Below, piece by piece: positions 9,207 to 19,228 of a DNA stretch of 64,000 nt. The notes under the pieces were generated by a model. The model was not told where the DNA came from, searched no databases, and saw nothing but the letters and a program-made list of their open reading frames with translations. Origin of the DNA: an uncultured Gammaproteobacteria bacterium (GTDB lineage Bacteria > Patescibacteriota > Microgenomatia > Levybacterales > UBA12049); the NCBI GenBank assembly GCA_965230895.1, contig OZ246394.1, forward strand, positions 313,316 to 377,315, given 5' to 3'. The position numbers were made by a program, and so were the translations under genes. Within the stretch, counting starts at the first letter, position 1. The number at the start of each line of letters is the position of its first letter.

Positions 9207-10247
9207 ATGGATAAAGTTTCTACTTCAACAATAGATAGGATTTCTTGGGTCGATATTTGTCGAGGCATTGCCATACTTTTTGTAATGTATGCACATGCTC
9301 TCCCATCTGACAGCTATAGATATATGTTCTATGCGTTTCATATGCCACTCTTCTTTTTCCTTTCAGGTATCGTATTCAAAGAAAATTTTCCAAGCTATTG
9401 GGGTTTTGTTAAAAAGTCATTCAAAACTATCCTTCTTCCCTATCTTTTATTTGCTGTACTAACATACTTTTTTTGGTTTTTGAAAGAACATACAACGCAC
9501 AATACAATGCATGATTTCCTTGAACAAGTATACGGAATTCTCTATGGCAATGGTAATTTGGGGTATTTATATTTTAATGTAGCGCTATGGTTCCTTCCCT
9601 GTTTGTTTCTTGCGAGAATTGGATTTGCTGCAATAACACGAGTATCTACGCAAATGCGATTTTTGATCCCCCTACTTATTGGATTATCAATCATCGGATA
9701 TGTACTCTCATCCTATTATTCCTTTTTAAAACTACCTTTTGGAATGGAAACTGCATTTACAGCAATTGTCTTTTTTGGACTCGGCTTTCTCTTTAAGAAA
9801 AAAGAAAAGATTTTTAATCTTATACAAAGATATGGAATTGTAGTATTCATTGTTGGATTAGGAGTACTCATATACTTAGCGTTTTTGAATTATCAACAAT
9901 ATGGTGCGCAAATCGATTTACGTGTTAATAGACTCAATAATTATTTCTTATTTTATTCAGCTGCTATTGCTGGAATTATTTCGTGGGTGGCTTTCAGTAT
10001 GGTTTTGAAAAAGAATGCTATGCTTGAGTTTATTGGGCAACGGACAATGATTCTTTTTGTATGGCATTATCTTTTGTACTCGTACTTCACAGATGTAATG
10101 AATACATATCTTTCCAAACAAATAATTCAAGATATAAAAATTATCAAACCCGCAATTTTTACTCTTTTGGCATTGGGAATAATTTTAGGAGTACGGGAAA
10201 TATTAAGACGAATTACCTACGCACAAAAACTCTTCGCTATCCGTTAA
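9207..10247 (+). CDS. Acyltransferase family 3 membrane protein
   Basis: ISWVDICRGIAILFVMYAHAL..., 10 TM helices, typical Acyl_transf_3. Confidence 0.75.
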   Translation: MDKVSTSTIDRISWVDICRGIAILFVMYAHALPSDSYRYMFYAFHMPLFFFLSGIVFKENFPSYWGFVKKSFKTILLPYLLFAVLTYFFWFLKEHTTHNTMHDFLEQVYGILYGNGNLGYLYFNVALWFLPCLFLARIGFAAITRVSTQMRFLIPLLIGLSIIGYVLSSYYSFLKLPFGMETAFTAIVFFGLGFLFKKKEKIFNLIQRYGIVVFIVGLGVLIYLAFLNYQQYGAQIDLRVNRLNNYFLFYSAAIAGIISWVAFSMVLKKNAMLEFIGQRTMILFVWHYLLYSYFTDVMNTYLSKQIIQDIKIIKPAIFTLLALGIILGVREILRRITYAQKLFAIR

Positions 10248-10248
10248 T

Positions 10249-10812
10249 TTATTTTTTTGTAGGATATAACCATGGCCTTAATTGTCCAGTCACAAATGGC
10301 ATAACGACGTAAGTCATAAGAGGTGTAAGAATTGCGCTAAGAATAATAGGCCGTACCCACAATGGAACAAGGTGTAGATATGGTGCGACAAATGCTTGAA
10401 AGATCAGCCCTAACGGATAAATTCCCAACGCTGTAGCAATGACCATTTTCCAACGTGGCGGTGGTTTTATTGTGATACTTCCAGGTAAGGTAAACCATGT
10501 TTCTAAACCTGTTAACTGTTCTACTTTTTTGGGCTTATCCTGTTCTGTATAGAAAGAAACCTTTTCCAATAATTTTTGCCTAACCGAAGAATCTTCCCAA
10601 GCGGAGAAATGTTCGATCGTATCGAATTTATAAATCACTGTGTAGTGTTTGCCATTAGCTGCTGGTTTAATCCAATTAGCTCCAAGATGTCCTTCAAATT
10701 GTGCAGCAGCTTGTGTCGTCTTGTGAGCCCATTTTTCGAATTGCTTTTCCTTCCCCTTTTTCACTTTCCAAGTAAAGACAAGAGTAATAGGATCATTATT
10801 ATTATTTTTCAT
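10249..10812 (-). CDS. Hypothetical protein: N-terminal ABM/Dabb-like domain plus C-terminal TM helices
   Basis: Soluble ~110 aa alpha+beta region followed by 2-3 hydrophobic helices. Last gene of the MarR-MFS operon. Confidence 0.4.
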   Translation of the reverse strand: MKNNNNDPITLVFTWKVKKGKEKQFEKWAHKTTQAAAQFEGHLGANWIKPAANGKHYTVIYKFDTIEHFSAWEDSSVRQKLLEKVSFYTEQDKPKKVEQLTGLETWFTLPGSITIKPPPRWKMVIATALGIYPLGLIFQAFVAPYLHLVPLWVRPIILSAILTPLMTYVVMPFVTGQLRPWLYPTKK

Positions 10813-10854
10813 AGAAGCAAGAATATCAGATAGATGTGAATCCTTTGTAAGGAG

Positions 10855-12540
10855 TTAGAGAAGCTTTGGCTCGTTTTTAGGATTTAAATTAGCTTCTTCA
10901 ACTGCAAGTTCTTTCCCTGCTTCTTCAATCGGATCTGCATGATGGCTCTTTCTCAATGGGATTTCTTTCAAGAACAAACTGACAAAGAATGTAATAGCTG
11001 TAAGTATCGCTGCGATCAAAAATACTTCAGCAATTGATGTGGCAAAGATCGTCTTTGCCTTTTCAGCGAATTGACTAAATGCTGTCATTGCTTGCGCTTG
11101 AACTGGACCTGGAAGTGAGTTCAACTGCGCTTCAATTGCAGCTCTCCCGTCACCAGTTAAAATTCCTTGTAATTTATTTGCGTCCAATGTTGAAAGATTC
11201 ATGTTTGGATTTGTAGCACTCATTGTTTGGATAAATGGATCGTTCGTCAGTTCACTTGATTGGCGAGACAGACTACTATTGAGAACTCCACCAAGAACAG
11301 CTGTTCCTACTGTCGCTCCAACACTCCTAAATAACTGGATAGATGATGTCGCGACACCAAGTTTGGAATGATCGAATGCATTCTGTACAGCAAGATTAAA
11401 CACTGGCATTGTGACACCAATTCCAAGTCCCGTCAAAATCATTCGGATGATGAGTTCAGTATTTGTTGTCGAAATAGACATTTGTGATAAGAGGAACATA
11501 CCAATTGTGGCGACACCAATTCCAGATACCGCAATTATTTTATATCTTCCAGTTCTTGAGACGATCTGTCCTGTTGCAATACTTGCAAAAACCATTCCTA
11601 ACATCATTGGTGTTAAGATAGTTCCTGCATCCGTTGCGTTTGTCCCAAGAACAAGTTGTGAGAATAATGGGATATAAAGAATTGCACCGAACATCCCAAT
11701 ACCCATTAAGAAAATAATTATCATTGATACTGAAAAGATCGAATTCTTAAAGAGACTGAGTGGCAAAATTGGTTCTTTTACTCGTGTTTCTACGAAGGCA
11801 AACGAATAAAGGAAAATAATAGCATTTGCAAAGAGGGTAATAATTTGCCATGAATCCCAAGCATATTGGCTGCCACCCCAGACGAATCCAAGAAGGAGTG
11901 ATATTAAACCAACTGATAATAAGATTGCTCCGACATAATCAATTGATCGGTTTGCTCTTTCAGACTTAATCTTTGGCATGAGATATGCAACAACAAGAAA
12001 TGCGAGGATACCGAGTGGGATATTGATAAAGAAGTTCCAGCGCCATGATGCGTTATCAGTTAACCATCCTCCAAGGAGCGGTCCAATCACTGAAGAAAGA
12101 CCAAAGACAGCACCAAAAAGACCTTGCCATTTCCCCCGTTCTGCTGGTGGGAATAAATCACCAATGACAGTAAAAGCGTTTGCCATGATAGCGCCACCAC
12201 CAATACCTTGGATGGCACGAAACGCAATAAGTTGCCACATGTTTTGGGAAAAACCACTAAGGATAGACCCAATTAAAAAGATTACAATAGCGCCAAGGAC
12301 AAATCCTTTTCGTCCATAAATATCTGAAAGTTTTCCGTACACAGGAACAACGACAGTTGATGCTAACATGTATGATGTAACGACCCAACTTAAATGCTCA
12401 AGCCCATTAAGTTCTTTGACTATCTGCGGTAAAGCTGTTGCGACAATTGTTTGATCTAATGCTGATAAAAGCATCGCCAACATAGTCCCAAGCATGACTG
12501 CAATTTTTTGACCTCGTGTGATGTTTGCTAATGTACTCAT
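10855..12540 (-). CDS. MFS transporter, DHA2 (EmrB/QacA, 14-TMS) family
   Basis: [17 protein letters not shown]...[27 protein letters not shown]... signature. 561 aa. Confidence 0.85.
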   Translation of the reverse strand: MSTLANITRGQKIAVMLGTMLAMLLSALDQTIVATALPQIVKELNGLEHLSWVVTSYMLASTVVVPVYGKLSDIYGRKGFVLGAIVIFLIGSILSGFSQNMWQLIAFRAIQGIGGGAIMANAFTVIGDLFPPAERGKWQGLFGAVFGLSSVIGPLLGGWLTDNASWRWNFFINIPLGILAFLVVAYLMPKIKSERANRSIDYVGAILLSVGLISLLLGFVWGGSQYAWDSWQIITLFANAIIFLYSFAFVETRVKEPILPLSLFKNSIFSVSMIIIFLMGIGMFGAILYIPLFSQLVLGTNATDAGTILTPMMLGMVFASIATGQIVSRTGRYKIIAVSGIGVATIGMFLLSQMSISTTNTELIIRMILTGLGIGVTMPVFNLAVQNAFDHSKLGVATSSIQLFRSVGATVGTAVLGGVLNSSLSRQSSELTNDPFIQTMSATNPNMNLSTLDANKLQGILTGDGRAAIEAQLNSLPGPVQAQAMTAFSQFAEKAKTIFATSIAEVFLIAAILTAITFFVSLFLKEIPLRKSHHADPIEEAGKELAVEEANLNPKNEPKLL

Positions 12541-12541
12541 A

Positions 12542-12958
12542 TTATTTATTCAATAGTTTTTCCTGTATCGTAATTAACTGTTTTATTTCTTCCTTCGTTA
12601 GCTTTGATAGAAGTTCTTTCATTCTTTCCCGTTTTGCTTCTTTGCTATGCTTTAAGTGATCAAGCCCAGCTTGTGTTACTGAAAGAAGAATCACTCTTCT
12701 ATCATTGTCATCACCTTTTCGATCAATTAAACCACTCTTATGCATACGATCAATAAGTTGTGTTGTTGCTGAAAGAGATGCGTTAATGTGTTTTGCTACA
12801 TCACTTGATTTTGCATCAGGGTTACTTTCCAAAAAGCTTAATGTATGATATTGCAGTATAGTTGCAGTTCGTTCTTCAAACGTTTGATTCCCTGCCATTG
12901 CTACGTATTTTGCGATGTGTATTGTCTGAGAAATAATTGTATCTATATCGTTTTGCAT
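12542..12958 (-). CDS. MarR family transcriptional regulator
   Basis: Winged-HTH pattern ...[49 protein letters not shown].... Two-nucleotide spacing to the MFS gene. Confidence 0.8.
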   Translation of the reverse strand: MQNDIDTIISQTIHIAKYVAMAGNQTFEERTATILQYHTLSFLESNPDAKSSDVAKHINASLSATTQLIDRMHKSGLIDRKGDDNDRRVILLSVTQAGLDHLKHSKEAKRERMKELLSKLTKEEIKQLITIQEKLLNK

Positions 12959-13053
12959 AATAGTTTATAACATAAATAGTTTATATCATAAATAATTATT
13001 TGTCAACGACCTGGTTTACTTTTTATTAAAGAAGATATACTATATTCTCCCCT

Positions 13054-13704
13054 ATGGATAACGTTACGTATGTGAGATCGCGCAGAAGAAATTCAATTGG
13101 TATTCAGATTAAACCTGATGCTTCAGTTGTTGTAACGATTCCCTATCTCTTACCTAAATTCTTTGCTGAACGTTTCCTCAAAGAGAAAGAAGATTGGATT
13201 CGCGAGAAGCGACAATTGATGCAAGCGCGTTTGCCCCAAAAAGCAAAAAGTACATACTATTATTTAGGAAAAGAATATACACTGGGTGTTCCAACCGAGC
13301 CAAAAGAACTTGTTGAAGTTGGAGATAAGTTGTATGTAGCTAGTACAAATCCAAGTTTAATTAAAAAGTATTTAGAAAGTTGGTATAAGCAACAAGCAAG
13401 GAAAGTAATCTTTTCAAGAGTTGAACATTATGCAAAAATAGCAGGGCTCAGTTACCGATCAATTGCACTGACAAGTGCAGAAACTCGTTGGGGTTCTTGC
13501 AGCAGTCAAAAAACCTTAAACTTTAATTGGAAACTCATTATGGCGCCGCTTGAAGTTATCGATTATGTCGTCACTCATGAGCTTGCACATTTAACTGAAA
13601 TGAATCATTCAAGATCGTTTTGGGAAACAGTTCGCAAGATGTATCCTCTGTATCGGGAGCATAGAACATGGTTAAAAAGAAATGGGCATAATTTAACAAT
13701 ATAG
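13054..13704 (+). CDS. YgjP-like metal-dependent hydrolase (DUF45, HExxH)
   Basis: C-terminal HELAHLTEMNHSRSFW motif. Confidence 0.75.
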   Translation: MDNVTYVRSRRRNSIGIQIKPDASVVVTIPYLLPKFFAERFLKEKEDWIREKRQLMQARLPQKAKSTYYYLGKEYTLGVPTEPKELVEVGDKLYVASTNPSLIKKYLESWYKQQARKVIFSRVEHYAKIAGLSYRSIALTSAETRWGSCSSQKTLNFNWKLIMAPLEVIDYVVTHELAHLTEMNHSRSFWETVRKMYPLYREHRTWLKRNGHNLTI

Positions 13705-15222
13705 TTAGAAGCCGGGGAAGTAATCTGTGACAATCTGATTTCCTGAGACACCAAGTTTGTTTAATAATCGTTTATATGCATCGACCATAGCATTTGGCCC
13801 AGAAATATAAAATGTCCGATCTTTAAAGTCAGGCACTTCTTCAGTTAACATCTTTTCATCAATTCTTCCAACTTTGCCAGACCAATTTGCTGGGATCTGT
13901 TCTTTGTCGGTCAAAACATACACTGGCTTTAATCCAATCTCTTTTTGTGCAGCATCGAAGACATCTCGGTAAGCAATTTCATTTTCAGTTTTATTTGCAT
14001 AGAAAAGAACGATTGAACGACTCTCTTTTGTATCCATAAGATATTTAATCATACTTCGGAATGGTGTAATCCCGATGCCCCCTGCTATGAATACAAGTTT
14101 TTTATTTTTATCTTGCGGTAGAGTAAAATCTCCTGTTAACTGTGATGCAACAATAATATCTTTTTCTGAAAATTCTTTTAACTTATTTTTAAAACTACTC
14201 GCTTTTTCTTCAAGTCGTATTCCTAATCTTATATGTTTTTCTGTTGGTGAAGATGCAATTGTGAAGTAACGTCGATTTCCTCTGATATCAGCTTTTTTAT
14301 GCGGTAATGTCCATTCAAGATATTGTCCTGGTTTATAGTGAAGTGTTTGATTTGTTCTGAAGATATATTCAAACGTATTCTCCGCAACTTTTCTTTTCTC
14401 TTTAAATGTTAAGAACATCTTGGCCTTAGGGCTCACAATAAAAGAGAAAATATTTCCTAAAACTAAAGCAAGTTCTGGAGTTGAATAAATTGGACCAAAA
14501 CTAAATTGTGATCCAAAAAGGAATCCGACTAAAGCACCGTAGTACATTTGAAGTTTTTTTGTCGGAGGAGTCGTCAAAGGTTCAGTAAGCATAACTGTAC
14601 CGAAGAAAATAATTGGCCATGACTGGAAGGCTTCTATAATTGCTTGTTGTATCGCAATTCCATTGAGCATTTGAAAAATTCCTATAGTTACTACACTGAC
14701 ACCAAGGAACGTGAAGAAAAGATGAAAACGTCTAATCTTTCGTACTATTAATAAACCGATAATCAAAACAAATGGTAATAATATGTCACTTCCAATCCAC
14801 CAGAGAGCACTTCCGTTTCCCATAAGACCCATGATAAGTGCAGCTGATGCAGCTGGATTAAATATATGCTTTTTGTTTATAGCAAAGATATATTTCGTTG
14901 CCATTGCAATGGACCCTGCTGCGACCAGTGTTAAAGCATCATTGACTCCAGAGACAGGAAGATAGATAAAGAAAAGAATAAGGGATGTTATGCCATAAGA
15001 TTCTTCATTTGTTGGAGCATTCACAAGCTTAGCAAAAATGAAGTTACTGATATAACATGTCGCCAGAAGGATAAGCATTGAGGAAATGAGTTGGACTGGA
15101 TTATAGAAAAGAATTCCAGCAAAGCTTAGAACAATCGCAATAACTGCTAATAAGAGTAATCCATAAAGAACTACTTTATACATAGTATATTTATTAAGAA
15201 ATTCGTCGATTGTTCTCATCAT
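13705..15222 (-). CDS. Fusion protein: RnfD/NqrB-like membrane domain plus ferredoxin-NADP-reductase-like FAD/NAD(P)-binding domain
   Basis: N-terminal ~270 aa are polytopic with HIFNPAAS and LTEPLTTPPT motifs (compare RnfD GQNPFNPAM and TDPVTASTT). C-terminal half has RRYFTIASSP (RxYS FAD motif) and GGIGITPFRSM (NAD(P) motif). Three nucleotides downstream of apbE. Confidence 0.7.
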   Translation of the reverse strand: MMRTIDEFLNKYTMYKVVLYGLLLLAVIAIVLSFAGILFYNPVQLISSMLILLATCYISNFIFAKLVNAPTNEESYGITSLILFFIYLPVSGVNDALTLVAAGSIAMATKYIFAINKKHIFNPAASAALIMGLMGNGSALWWIGSDILLPFVLIIGLLIVRKIRRFHLFFTFLGVSVVTIGIFQMLNGIAIQQAIIEAFQSWPIIFFGTVMLTEPLTTPPTKKLQMYYGALVGFLFGSQFSFGPIYSTPELALVLGNIFSFIVSPKAKMFLTFKEKRKVAENTFEYIFRTNQTLHYKPGQYLEWTLPHKKADIRGNRRYFTIASSPTEKHIRLGIRLEEKASSFKNKLKEFSEKDIIVASQLTGDFTLPQDKNKKLVFIAGGIGITPFRSMIKYLMDTKESRSIVLFYANKTENEIAYRDVFDAAQKEIGLKPVYVLTDKEQIPANWSGKVGRIDEKMLTEEVPDFKDRTFYISGPNAMVDAYKRLLNKLGVSGNQIVTDYFPGF

Positions 15223-15225
15223 GTT

Positions 15226-16110
15226 TTAAGATCCGTAAAATATTTCTCCTGGAAAGCTTTTGGATTTTTCAAGAGACATATCCTTATACAGCATAGCATA
15301 ATCAAAAGTGAAGTGTTCAGAAAGTACCTCAGGTTTGGTGAAATAAAGAGCTGTTGCAAGAGCATCTGCTAAGATCGCTTTCTTCGCAATGACCCAAATT
15401 GAAGTTATCGAATCTGGAGAAGTATTTGTACGCGGATCAATTATATGATGGTAATTCCCCCACTTCCTCCGGTTTCCTGCAGATCCACAAATACTCCCGT
15501 TCGTAATATTTACTAAGCCAATAACTTGTTTGGGATTTGTCGGGTGTTCCAAACCAATTCGCAATGGGTCTTTGACAGCAGATTTATATAATATATCCCC
15601 TCCTGCGTCTATGCAGTATGAAGTCACTCCTTCCAATTCCAACATAACGCCAACGAGATCAACAATGTGCCCTTTTCCAGCAGCACCAAAATCAAGTATT
15701 GCTGGTTCTTTTAGCGTAAGCTTTGGGTATTTAAAATCAATGATGTCTTTCCAAAGTGGAGTTTGTCGAATAGTAGCTTTGGGCTTTAGCGAATAAGCTG
15801 CATCATAACCTAAATCTTCCATGACATTTCCGATGAGTGGCGTGAATGCACCATCAGTTGCTTTATAGAGTTTCTTATATAACGCGAAAAGCTCACGAGA
15901 ATCTGTAGGGAATAGTTCCTGTCCACCTTGTTTGGCCAACTTTGTGATAAGCGAATCTTTCCGAAATCTTGAATAAACTTTGTCATAGTCATCAATTCGT
16001 TGCTGAACTTTGTTTATAAAATCCTGTTTTGTTAGAGATGAATTATGTGCAAATATGTCGATAGTCCACGATGTCCCAATAGCTTCAAAGGAAAATTGTA
16101 ATACATTCAT
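15226..16110 (-). CDS. apbE: FAD:protein FMN transferase (ApbE family)
   Basis: FEAIGTSWTIDIF, GAAGKGHIVD, ...HIIDPRTN motifs. Confidence 0.85.
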   Translation of the reverse strand: MNVLQFSFEAIGTSWTIDIFAHNSSLTKQDFINKVQQRIDDYDKVYSRFRKDSLITKLAKQGGQELFPTDSRELFALYKKLYKATDGAFTPLIGNVMEDLGYDAAYSLKPKATIRQTPLWKDIIDFKYPKLTLKEPAILDFGAAGKGHIVDLVGVMLELEGVTSYCIDAGGDILYKSAVKDPLRIGLEHPTNPKQVIGLVNITNGSICGSAGNRRKWGNYHHIIDPRTNTSPDSITSIWVIAKKAILADALATALYFTKPEVLSEHFTFDYAMLYKDMSLEKSKSFPGEIFYGS

Positions 16111-16150
16111 AATGATAACTTTTCTATCCTAAACGTTTCTTTAATCATTT

Positions 16151-16516
16151 TCAATGGAGTTTTTTATCCTCGATATTCTCAAGATCTTCATCAGATAATC
16201 CAAAATGATGTCCAAGTTCATGAAGGATTGTCTCTCTGATATGCTCCTTAATTTTTTCTTGATCCGATGCAAGTGCAAGAATAGGTTCTTTAAATAAAGA
16301 AATTTTGTCTGGAAGTGAAGAATAATTCTCTCGTTCTGTTTTTGGAATGCCATGATACAGTCCGAGTAAATCGTATGGACTTTGGTACTCTCCAAGTTGT
16401 TCTTTTGAAGGCCAATCTTCGATAACTATTTCTACATTATCAATTTGGGATTGTAACTCCTGAGGTATTTCAGCGATTGCATCACGAACTATTTTTTCAA
16501 ATTCAGCAGTGGTCAT
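16151..16516 (-). CDS. Zincin-like metallopeptidase family protein (HExxH)
   Basis: ILHELGHHFGLSDEDL C-terminal motif and small acidic protein, typical of the zincin_1/DUF1025 family. TGA stop. Confidence 0.7.
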   Translation of the reverse strand: MTTAEFEKIVRDAIAEIPQELQSQIDNVEIVIEDWPSKEQLGEYQSPYDLLGLYHGIPKTERENYSSLPDKISLFKEPILALASDQEKIKEHIRETILHELGHHFGLSDEDLENIEDKKLH

Positions 16517-16525
16517 ATGAAGTAT

Positions 16526-16789
16526 CTAGTGTGATCTCCAACGCTTAAGTTTTGGTATATATGTATTTGCTAAGTCCTTTGCATGTTTCTCGCGCATTCC
16601 AAGATCATGTACCATATTTTCGACAGATGTCTCAATCATATCTTCCATAGTAATATATGGATTTGTAAATGAACCATTGAGAAAACAAAATTTACAATAT
16701 TTATGATTTTCTGTGTGATCTTCGTTGGTTCCATAGAAACCATCTCCAAGGGGCATTCCACAACTTTGGCAACGAAATGTTAGATCCAT
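16526..16789 (-). CDS. Zinc-ribbon domain protein
   Basis: CQSCGMP...HKYCKFC, two CxxC pairs. Confidence 0.55.
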   Translation of the reverse strand: MDLTFRCQSCGMPLGDGFYGTNEDHTENHKYCKFCFLNGSFTNPYITMEDMIETSVENMVHDLGMREKHAKDLANTYIPKLKRWRSH

Positions 16790-16825
16790 TTTGGTATTAT
16801 ACCACTTCGGGGAAATAGTTGGAAT

Positions 16826-17116
16826 TTAGTATTGCGCTTCTTGCATCGCGCGTTGAGCTTCTTGTTCTGCTACCATGGCCTGTTGTTGATAATACTCTAA
16901 ATCACTTTGTGCTCGTGCTTCTTCATCCTGGTAAGTTTTAGCTTGGTATCGTGCGTCTTCTGCCTGTTTTCTATACTGTTCACCCTGGTCATAGTAGGAC
17001 TGCGCTTGTTGATCGCTCTGTTCAGCATCCTTTATATAAGTAGCTTTACTTTGTGCTGCTTGTTCTCTTCTATACAATGCGTCTTCTATATAAGATCGTA
17101 AAGTAGTTAAGTCCAT
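16826..17116 (-). CDS. Hypothetical Q/E/A/Y-rich coiled-coil protein
   Basis: Low-complexity helical sequence. Start chosen at the second Met, which has a GGAGG 7 nt upstream. The ORF track starts at 17143. Confidence 0.4.
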   Translation of the reverse strand: MDLTTLRSYIEDALYRREQAAQSKATYIKDAEQSDQQAQSYYDQGEQYRKQAEDARYQAKTYQDEEARAQSDLEYYQQQAMVAEQEAQRAMQEAQY

Positions 17117-17223
17117 TGTGTATCCTCCGCCTGCATATATCATATATGCGGAGGTGTCAAAAAAACATCAAATATATGTAAGATAAAAGTATGAAGCAAT
17201 AGTTAGAGAATTGTAAGGAAGAG

Positions 17224-17829
17224 TTAAGAATTAATAAGGTCTGATACGTCAATATATTTCTTCCAAAGCTTTTTTTGCGTCTTATACTTTTGGTAATCAT
17301 CCTTTTCGACAAGATGGGCTTTTTTAGGGTCTTCTAATTTATCAATAAATAATTTACCATTTAGATGGTCAATTTCATGCTGCAGAAGAATTGCTGACCA
17401 GCCGTTTAATGTAAGTTCTAACTCATTTCCTGACCTATCAAGAGCTCTCACTTTAATCTTCTTTGAGCGCTTTACGTATCCCCAAATTGTCGGCAAATTA
17501 ACGCAACCTTCACAATTTTCAACCATGGTTTTAGAGGACCATGTAATTTCAGGATTAATCAAAACATATAAATCACTATATCCTTTTCTTCCAATTGCTA
17601 GATCTACTATAGAAATTCTTTTCTTTATGCCAACTTGATTTGCAGAGAGACCGACAGTCATAGTTGCTGTGCGGTCCCGGGTTTTACCTTTATTATTGTT
17701 ACCATAGACATAATCAATCATCGCTTCAATTTCTTTTTGTACTGAGGTTTTTCGGAGATCTTTTTTCGCAATTGGTAAACATGGCTTTCTTAAAATTTTG
17801 TCATTCGGTTTCTGTACAGCTAAATTCAT
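17224..17829 (-). CDS. def: Peptide deformylase
   Basis: All three PDF motifs are present: GLSANQVG, EGCVNLP and QHEIDHLNG. About 30 aa N-terminal extension. Confidence 0.85.
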   Translation of the reverse strand: MNLAVQKPNDKILRKPCLPIAKKDLRKTSVQKEIEAMIDYVYGNNNKGKTRDRTATMTVGLSANQVGIKKRISIVDLAIGRKGYSDLYVLINPEITWSSKTMVENCEGCVNLPTIWGYVKRSKKIKVRALDRSGNELELTLNGWSAILLQHEIDHLNGKLFIDKLEDPKKAHLVEKDDYQKYKTQKKLWKKYIDVSDLINS

Positions 17830-17844
17830 GAGCTTATTATATCA

Positions 17845-18303
17845 TTATGGTCCATGATGACTCAGTGTTCTATCAATATTGTGGGTATTAATTGGTTTCC
17901 CTTTTTCAACAGATTCATGAGCTTGTTTGCTTGTCCTTAACATAGACGTAACAATTTGAATAACACTCATAAGCAAAATAACTAAGATGTTATAACAGAA
18001 ACCCGCTGTCATTGCTGATAGGTCGACTGCCATTTCACCGGGTATTATCTCATCTCTAAATCTTGGGAAAATTCCAACAAAAGGAAAAAGAAAAATATTA
18101 CTTATACCAAATATAAAACTTGCGAAACCATTGTTTGGGTCTGCGCCAAATAATCTAAGGAAGAAGCGAAGGAAGAGAAAAACATTCGATACCAGAAGAA
18201 AAATAAACAACCCACGGATTGCTTCCTTTCGGAGCATTTCCATTACCAACAATTCCTTCTGAGAAGTATTAAATGTTGGCATACGTGGTGTGAGAACTCG
18301 CAT
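17845..18303 (-). CDS. Hypothetical membrane protein
   Basis: Three TM helices, no recognisable motif. Confidence 0.35.
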   Translation of the reverse strand: MRVLTPRMPTFNTSQKELLVMEMLRKEAIRGLFIFLLVSNVFLFLRFFLRLFGADPNNGFASFIFGISNIFLFPFVGIFPRFRDEIIPGEMAVDLSAMTAGFCYNILVILLMSVIQIVTSMLRTSKQAHESVEKGKPINTHNIDRTLSHHGP

Positions 18304-18424
18304 ATTCTCCCCCTTTCAACCCTACAGTAGAGTATTTGTATGTGAAATCCATTAGACAATTACTCGAGAATTGTAAGAAAGAAATATCTTTACAACAGCA
18401 TATACACTTGCTATACCTTAAATA

Positions 18425-19222
18425 ATGAGATTTTTTGACAACTATATTAATGTCTTCTTCACAGTCTTTTTCATAGGAATGATGGTATGGTCAGGAATAT
18501 TATTTTTCAATGGTCAAAAAACTACTGATTGGAACTATCTATATAATGCTGGGTATTCTTTGTTATTTTTTACAGTAGGAATTATTGCTCTTTTCGGTGT
18601 ACGGTTGCATGGTCTAAGCAGTGCTGTCGGTAAAGAGCTTTTAAGTATAGCTTTGGCAATGCTTAGTTATTCAGTAGGATTATTTGTTTGGTGCTACTTT
18701 AATATATTGCTTCGAATAGAAACTCCATTTCCGTCAATTGCTGATTTCTTTTTTGTTCTTTATATCCCTTTCCTTGGATATGGAATTATCAGCTTGCTAA
18801 AAGCATTTGGTTTGCTTTATTCGAAACGGATCTTAGCAGAAACAATCGCTATTTTTGGAGTAGCAGCGATACTTATCTTTTTTGTCGGTAATCCTCCTGA
18901 TTTATCAAATGAGATACCTGCATTTGTTAAATCATTAAACATTTTCTATTTAATTGGTGATTCTTTCTTAATATCTCTTGGATATATGTTGATCAGGTTA
19001 ACTGGTGGGAGAATCCATGGGAGTTTTTTCTTTTTAGTTGGAGCTTTGTTTGCGATGTCGGCGGCGGATTTACTCTTCGGATATCGTACAAGTAACGGAA
19101 CATATTGGAATGGTGATATCACTGATATGCTTTTTGTCCTTTCTGGATTTTTATTTGGACTTGGAGTTACGAAAATTGTTTCAAGTCAATTAAGGATTGC
19201 CTCAGGAATTTCGAATAAGTAA
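18425..19222 (+). CDS. Hypothetical polytopic membrane protein
   Basis: 7-8 TM helices. Confidence 0.4.
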   Translation: MRFFDNYINVFFTVFFIGMMVWSGILFFNGQKTTDWNYLYNAGYSLLFFTVGIIALFGVRLHGLSSAVGKELLSIALAMLSYSVGLFVWCYFNILLRIETPFPSIADFFFVLYIPFLGYGIISLLKAFGLLYSKRILAETIAIFGVAAILIFFVGNPPDLSNEIPAFVKSLNIFYLIGDSFLISLGYMLIRLTGGRIHGSFFFLVGALFAMSAADLLFGYRTSNGTYWNGDITDMLFVLSGFLFGLGVTKIVSSQLRIASGISNK

Positions 19223-19228
19223 CTCTGA

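Noticed and set aside
15530-15995. ORFs 15530..15796 (+) and 15810..15995 (-) within apbE
   Set aside because: Overlap the ApbE coding frame. No independent support.
17124-17154. Hairpin CCTCCGC...GCGGAGG as a transcription terminator for def
   Set aside because: There is no U tract after it on the minus strand (the T run precedes it). It contains the Shine-Dalgarno of the next gene, so it is more likely a translational element than a terminator.
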